The notes under the pieces were generated by a model. The model saw only the letters and a list, made by a program, of their open reading frames with translations. It searched no databases and was not told where the DNA came from. From Paraspadella gotoi (lineage: Eukaryota > Animalia > Chaetognatha), in contig CM119263.1 of assembly GCA_051294375.1 (NCBI GenBank), positions 206,019 to 270,018 on the forward strand: DNA of 64,000 nt, written 5' to 3'. Shown in pieces: positions 56,303-64,000 of this stretch. Within the stretch, counting starts at the first letter, position 1. Each line of letters opens with the position of its first letter. The translations under genes and the position numbers were made by a program.

Positions 56303-58188
56303 ATATAACGCGGCCATTGGAATTTCCCTGGGTCGTATTTTGATCCCAAAATAAGAAAAAACCGGAAGTTTTGGTCGAAAGTAAAAAGTGGGTCATGTGA
56401 CGCGTCTGTTTTTCGCGACTCAGAATTCTTAAGACGAAATCTGATTCGATAGCTCAATCTGTCAAATGGATCACTGGCCCAATCTGTCAGTTGGGCTTAA
56501 CCAATCGATAGCCCAATCAAATCGAACTAAACTGAAGCTGCCATACCTATGAAAAGACTGTAGAGTTTTTCAATTACTATATGATAGGTTCAATAATACG
56601 ACACATCTATGAAACGAATTACTCTTGTCATACCCACTTTTTAGTTGTACAGCGGTGCAACTCTATAAGTCACTTTTCTGTCGGTCTTTCTATCTGTCGG
56701 TCTATCGGTCTGCCCCTCTGTTATCTGTCTAAATTATATTTAAAATTCCTACAACTCGTTTAATAGCAAATCAATTTAGTTAATATTTGGTAGATGTGTG
56801 ACGTATCAATTATATCATGAGACTTTTTTGTTTTATTCCTGTGTAATTACCTAAAAAATATGGTTGTAAACATAAAGAGAAAATATAAATTTTATAACTA
56901 CCGTAATCCTAGCGTTTTTGGAATAATATTTGAGCCATAGTATATATGCTATGTCACAAGTCACATGCTTTGGAACAATTTTATGTTTGATATGTGGCGA
57001 ATGGTCACTGGGAAAAACGGGGTTTCAGCCTACAGATACAATTAAGTAAAAAGGAAGTCAATGCTGCGTAACACCTTGGAATTGCAGTACCTTCTTTTAT
57101 TGTTTCCTTCTGCATGTTTTCCCTTTTTTTCGCAATTTAAATCCAAAATTTATCCAACCGTGCGATTCATGAGACATTGTTCAATCGTGATTATAAAATG
57201 GCAAAACTGTTTTGTTGAAAGATTTTGCTTCACTAGTAATATAACTATTTCAGTTTTCTCTTTTTTTCCCCTTTTTATTTCGGTTTCGCTTTTAACTGAT
57301 TCTCCTGGTCGTTTTTCTCGGCTTTTGTCGGCCCCCAGATGTCGTCGTCGTCGTCGTCGTCGTTGTCGTCGTCTTCGTCGTCTTTTCCGACATCTTAATC
57401 GCACCTCTGCGCTGGATTGTGTCAAAATGGAAAGTCTAAAAATAGAATCGTTCAAAGGCGAGATGAACGTCCGTTTTATTTCTTTGGTTTTATACGAAGG
57501 ATAATTTTTTCCGATCCGCAAATCACATGGAATCACATCAATGGATAATTTTTCTATCGGTCGTACCAATTTCGGTCGTACCAATCGGTCGTACCAATCG
57601 GTCGTACCAATCGGTCGTAACAATTTCATAGAATTTTGATTCTTGTCACTCGTGGGGAGTACATTATAGTATTCACTGATCTACTTAACTTAAGTCTTAA
57701 GGCAGTAAATCTTTTATACAATTGAAATAGTATACCACTTCATTAGTAGGGAGTGAATAAACTATACTTAGAAAGGGTCTTAATTGAAACTTTATTTTCC
57801 ATCACAGATTATAGTGATAAAGCAGTCACTGCGCGCGCAAACACATTTGAATTACCGTATCTTGTTTTATTCTTTCTTTTGTCTCTGATTCGATTCTCTT
57901 TCTGATCTCAATTTTTTTTTTTCTTTTTTATTTCGAATTTTTCTTCTCCTTTTCGTATTTTCAAACAACAAACTTCTTTGTCTCTCTCTCTCTCTGTCTC
58001 GCTCTCTCTCTTCGTCGTTTTTGGTTCAATTTTGGTAACAACGAAATTCTTGTCAACTTCATCATCATCATACCAGCTGCAGCATGCCCGGCCGTAGGCA
58101 GCAGCAGCATCTTTTGCCAGTTTTCGTCTCCAGGTTTTCTCCTTTTTTCTGTCTCCTTCTCTCTCTCTCCTCTCTCTCCTCGTCTTCT

Positions 58189-58220
<32 letters not shown>

Positions 58221-58228
58221 TCTTTCTT

Positions 58229-58270
<42 letters not shown>

Positions 58271-60619
58271 TCTCATCTCTCTCTCTCTCTCCTCCCTTTC
58301 GATCGCGTCTTTTTAAAATCAGATTTCCTCTTCGTTCATTCTTATGATTTGCGGATATCCCAATTGAGCTCCAATTTCTTTCTTTTCGATCCCAATTTAT
58401 CCTGCTCTCCACGTCCTCTCTCTCTCCCTCTCCCTCTCGCTCTCCCTTTCTCTCCACCTCCATCTCTCGCTGTGGCTGATGGCGATGCTCAACAAATAAT
58501 CGAAAGGAAAAAAAATTGGAGAAACCATCGTCTGATCGAACGTCCAATCTTGTAATATTTTTAATAAAATGTTAATCATTATTATTAATTTAAACTGTTT
58601 TGAATATTATATAGCTAATTGGAGGCCGAGCCAGTTCCTTTGACGTATTAAAAAAAAATACTGTCACCACTTTTCTACTATTTTTTTAAAAGTTTTTTAC
58701 CATAAGTTTAAAAAAGTTTAAATAATTAATGATATAAAACTTAACTAAAAATAATCAAGAGACGGCAGATGGCAAATCTTCTAATTATTTTAATATTCAA
58801 AGAGCAACCAACGAAAAGTCTTTGAGAGATGAGTTCATAAATGCAATTCGAAACTCGGAAAAATGAAGAAGAAAAGTCGTCGCTGCTTTCTGTGATTCCT
58901 GTTGATTTTCCTGTGATTCTTGCAGTCCGAAAAATCCGAGTTTTTACCAAATCTCAATCAATTGTTCTCGAATTGTCGTCGGGCTCGTTTTCTTTCTTCT
59001 TCTATCTTTCCTTCTTTCTTCTTTCTTTCTTTCGCTTTCCTTCTTCTCCATTATTTTTCTTTGTCTTATTGTGCCTTTATTGTTTTTTTTCTTCTTCTTT
59101 TCAATCTCTTTTTTTTTTCTCTTCTATCCCTTTTTTGATTTTTTTTTCTTTCTTTCCTTATTTTTTTTTCTATTCTTTTTCCTATCTGTCTCTTGTCTTT
59201 TTCCTTTTCCTATCTTTCTTTCTTCTCTTTTTTTCTTTCTCCTTAGTTCTTTTTCTTCTTCTCTTCTTTCTTTTCTTCCTTTTTCCTTTCTTTCTTTTTT
59301 TCTTTCTTTTTCTTTCATTTCTTTCACTTCCTATCTGTCTCTTTCCTCTTCCTTCTGCTCTCTTATTTCATAGTTCTCTTCTCCTCTCTCTCTCCTTTTC
59401 CTCACGGTTTTACCCTTTTCCTTATGTTCCATCTCTGGCCTTGCCCGGCTTAACTTTATTTTATTTTTCTCTTTCCCCTCGTTTTGGCGAGTGGATTATG
59501 ACTTCACTCCTCTTCACGCGGCTTCGAGGGAGACGAGGCGCATGGCGGCGAGGACTGTGAAGAGGAATATGCAAATGAGCCTCGAATGAGACTCCGGCTG
59601 TAATGGAGCGAAAGGAACGGAGTAGAAAGAAGAGAAAGAAGACAGATAGAGAGAAGAGGAAGAGCATTAAGAGGAATAGTACGAGAGGAGACATGTGAGA
59701 GAGAGAACTGTTTAGGGATGAGAGCACGAGAGACGCCCGCTGCAGAGATAGAGACGAGACATCTTTCTGGGAAAGGAATACGACCGACGATGACGGAGGC
59801 GCCCGGCCGTGGGAAGAGACAATGAGACAACGTCTTTTTTTTTCTCGAGCCGAGGGAGGAAGAGGGTTGAAGCGGGGACGAAGAGAGAAGAAGTAGAGAG
59901 AGAGAGAGAAGAGAGTGATGATGTGTGTGTGTGTGTAGACTCGCGTAGGAGAGTAGATGAGGAGAGAGAGAGAGAACATTTTTTGGAAGAGCAATTTCCG
60001 CTCAAATTCTTATTCTTTCCCTGTTCTAATCGTATTTTCCTTTATCTTCGCGTCTCTTGCGTGCTAATGTGGTCTAAAAGTCTGTCGTTTTTGTTTGTCC
60101 TTCGTTGTTTCGTTTTTCTCCCCCCCATCTCCCTTTCTCACTCTGTTTCATTCTCTCTACGTGTTTTTCTTCCTCATCTGCATCTCTGCGTTCTGAGGGC
60201 CTGTCTGGCTTCTCTCTCCTCTCCTGCCTTTCATCCTCCTCCTGCACATGGTTCTATCTCATTGATGCCCTCATCTAATTCTTTCCTCGTCTTTTTATTT
60301 TGTTTTATTATTTGTNNNNNNNNNNNNNNNNNNNNNNNNNAAGTTCCACAATTTATAGAATAAAGCAGAATAAAGCAGATTGCATCTCATTTGGCTGCTT
60401 TTTCTTCTCATTGCATCTCCATTAGGGCATTTAAAAATAACAAAATATAACAAATCGAATAAGGTACATCGCTAATAACTAATTCTCAAAGTCATCAATT
60501 GAAGTAAAAAGCGGGTGGATGTCTTATTGCGTTGTAATCAGTTGAGGACTCATTTCATAGCATTGCATTGCATCTCATTTTCTTGCAGAGCATTGCATCT
60601 CATTCAAAAAAAGAGAAAG

Positions 60620-62460
60620 AGATATTCGGGATATAAATAATTTTAGAAAACAAGTTACATCCGTTCCATTCGGGATATAATAATCTCAGAAACAAGTTAC
60701 ATCCAGTTGGGTTCGGATTAAACGAAAAATGTTTCAAGAGGGCGTGAAACGGTTCTTGTTTTGTGTCAATTCTTTCTCCGACTTTCACCTGGTTTTTACA
60801 TGTTCTTAAACATGTAAATAGTATCATCTTGTAGGATTCAAATCACCCTTCAGAATATTAATGATTTTTCCCTCATGTTTCCAATAATTCCAGCAAGTTG
60901 TCCATCATTTTTTCCATACACCTTGACACTAAATCCAGCGAGTTTTTCTCCTCAAGTTGAGCGATCGATTTCGAGCGTCAAACGTGAAAGCATAAAAACT
61001 AACTGGCGAGAAGTTTTCTCAATTCTAAAAGTTAAGTTAAATCGTTGACCGAGTCTTAAAAACACAATGGCCCCGACGCTTTGGTAGACTTTCGAGTAGG
61101 AAAGAATGAAGATTAAATGTTATATGTTATATATTAGTTTTTTAAGTAGTCATAAAGATATCCCATACGATACGGTAATATAAAATAAAAATGCAATGTG
61201 AAGATAGTCAATTCTTCATAAATAAGTCTTAGTAAATAAATCTCTCACGTTTGGGAAAGAAGTTTTTCTCATTTTCGACGTTTTTTGTCAAAAAGTTGTT
61301 TTGCTACGCAACATCGGGGTTCATGGTGACTGTTTATAAGCTGCTAACGATAACGATGACCAGACCACACGCCGACGAGTAACGACGACAACGAGACGAT
61401 AATGACGACAGGAGGAAGTAGTTTTCTCACCCCAACTCGTTCGCCGTCGGGACACGAACGTTTCCAGAATTTTTTTCCCTTCAGTTTGCGTCTTCAAGTA
61501 TTTTCCGAGATGAGATGCGCGGTCTTCACACTCTCACTCTCCTCTTGTTACTTAATTTTCTTTCCTATCTTGGCCCTCAATATTCATTACCTTCCATTTT
61601 TTCTATTTCTTTTTCTTCTCTTTACTTACTTTTCTTTCCGGTTCATTCCTGTCATCATTACATACCCCTGGCCCATTTTTCCTTTCTTTTACTACTTTTC
61701 TCTCTCCTCGTCCTTATCTTTCTTTCCTTCATTCTTTCCCTTTTCCTTTCTTCAATATTTTTTCCTTTTATTTGTCCAAGTTGTCTTTTTCTTTATTCCT
61801 TTTGTTTTTTCTTTCCACGCGTTTCACTCGACTTTTACTTTTATTTTCCATCAGACTGAATGAGACGGAACAAAGAGACAGAAAGATAAGACAAACGATA
61901 GACAGAGTATCTTTCGCTCGCCCCTTTTCTGCTGGAGCTTCAAATATAGCCAAGAGAAGAATGACCTTTTTTAAGTCATCAGGAGAGATAAACAAAAAAG
62001 TGTTTTGTGCAGGAACAAAAAAAGTCGTTTAACCAGATTTGTGAAACAGGAAATGTATTTAGTGACAGATACTTGGTCCTATTTGATAACCCAACGGACC
62101 ATCGATTTGTGAAGGTTAAAAAAAAAAACTCACTGAGTAATTATCTGAAGACGAAACAAAACAAAGATTCGTTATGATGAACGGGACGACGCGAACGACG
62201 ACGACGACGAACGACGACGAACGAGGAAGTCCTTGACGAAAAATAATGCCAAAACAAAAATGAGATGAAGACGATGAAGGAGAATACATGTATTACAATC
62301 AATCATGTACAATGTATTGACAATACCAACTCCATGTACAAGAGGTGGCTTTCCTCATTTCTTACAAGCTCGATCCTGCAGAACTTTTTTTTGCCGCCTG
62401 CGTCTCTGCTCCATTTCTCTCTCTCTCCGTCCTACTCAGTCTCCTTCTCTCCTTCTTCTC

Positions 62461-62500
<40 letters not shown>

Positions 62501-63492
62501 TCTCCTCTCTCTCCTGTTCGTTTTAGAGTTTCGCTCTCTCTCTTCTTTGTCACGCTGTGTCTTCGCCTTATGGTTCGCTGATTCTCTTTCTCATAACTTC
62601 CTTCACTGACTTTCAGGGTTATTATTCTCCAATCATGTGAATAACAAACTAATTTTTGCGTTCCATTAACATTAACATAATTTGGCATTATTTAGTTTTA
62701 AATTAACTGAATGATTTTACTACTTAAGGGAGTGATCTTTTAATACAATTGAAAATATTCTTTGAAATAATATATCACGTTATAGGAAATAAGAGAGTTG
62801 AATAACGGACCTGTGAGAGAGTCTTGATTGAAAGCTTGGCCAGGGACCTGCTCAGGGTCATTATCATTGTAAGAAGTGAGGCATTAAAACCACCAAAGCC
62901 TGTCCAAAATTCAAGGCAAGCAATAACTTGTTTATTAAAACTGAATGGGGTAAAGGTTTTACATAATATTGATAGTTTTCATTTTCTTTCAAAGGTATTT
63001 CTAAACATATGTTTAAGAATATGTATCATTAGTTCAGATAATTCTAAATATTTAAATATATTATGGTAATTTTTTCGGTCTTACTTTCTGCTACTGAAGT
63101 TTTGTTTTCCTCTATTTTGCTTTCGTCTTGTTTTTTTTTTCCTTGATCTCGCGTTTGTCTGTAGTTCTCACTCGCTCGTATATATATATATAATCCTGAG
63201 GTTGAGAGAGCTAGCTTCTGTCACTTGAAGGTTAAAGGTCGCTGCACTGTCATTACCCTGTCTCTGGGACTCGTGTATTCCGGAAGTGGGCGGGTGATCT
63301 ACTGATAATAAATACGCGTGTGCTCCTCTACTGTTGTCATCTATGGAAAATTCTGATACTCACTTCAATATATCCCGCCGTCATTTTATTATTTAGACGA
63401 GGCTAAAAAGAATTGGTGCCCTTTTGCGAAAGCAGATGCCCGGCTAAAACACAATTCTTAGTCCAAGATCCTCTACTTTTGTCGTAAATCTG

Positions 63493-63548
<56 letters not shown>

Positions 63549-63910
63549 CTCTCCATCTCTCTCTCTCTCTCTCGTCTCTCGCCGCGGGGCGATAAACCAT
63601 CGTCCCTGACTCGCTTCACACAACGTCGACTCGTGAAGAAAAAAGGCGACGTAAGCTGATGTGAATCTCAAATTTTTTTTTTCAATTAGAAATCGGAATT
63701 AATATTTTCTCGTTCTTTCACGTTTCAAAAAAGTTAAAAAAAATATAAATGAATGATAAAATAAAATGATGAAATGTTTTAACCAGACTTAACAGTTTCA
63801 CATTCACGTCACTACCCCATACAACTGGTATTATTTTAATTGTTGTAAACATACGAATAGATCCTTTTCACAATTTACCAATTTTGGAATATTTTATTTA
63901 TTCACCAGAA
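60620..63910 (+). repeat. Indel-rich near-duplicate of ~51810-54640
   Basis: Collinear over ~3 kb with frequent 1-3 nt indels and an unrelated ~300-bp block at ~63170-63490. Confidence 0.9.
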
Positions 63911-64000
63911 CGTAGTTCATCCCAGTTATTGCCGGTTTCCGCTTCAAGACTGAGCATTTACTATCTTCGATGACTTGGTGTGGTCGGGAGAGAGTAGAGG

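Overview
Eukaryotic, almost certainly animal, genomic scaffold; the IR-type receptors suggest a protostome invertebrate. Introns are AT-rich, exons are GC- and CpG-rich, microsatellites are very dense and there are three N-gaps. I reconstructed intron-exon models by hand. The first 36.5 kb holds six clear or probable genes: a divergent PKN/PRK kinase (minus strand, 3' end outside the window), a small orphan membrane protein, a C2H2 zinc-finger protein with a tandem N-terminal domain and a qRRM-like domain, two tandem divergent ionotropic-receptor genes, and a basonuclin/disconnected zinc-finger gene. One further small gene is doubtful. The last ~27 kb has no convincing host gene; it contains a 5'-truncated LINE, MITEs, HINE-like elements, satellites and a ~3 kb near-duplicate that looks like a noisy gap-fill. 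The most striking observation is a 183-bp TTAA-flanked inverted-repeat element sitting exactly between two conserved codons of the PKN C2 domain. It can be removed cleanly only as a non-canonical GG-AG intron or by precise excision, so it is a candidate transposon-born intron. Other highlights are an Arg-Gln-Lys pore loop in both receptors and two tRNA-derived repeat families that keep their upstream leader. All calls come from manual reading; no database searches were run. Most ORFs in the supplied track are microsatellite artefacts.
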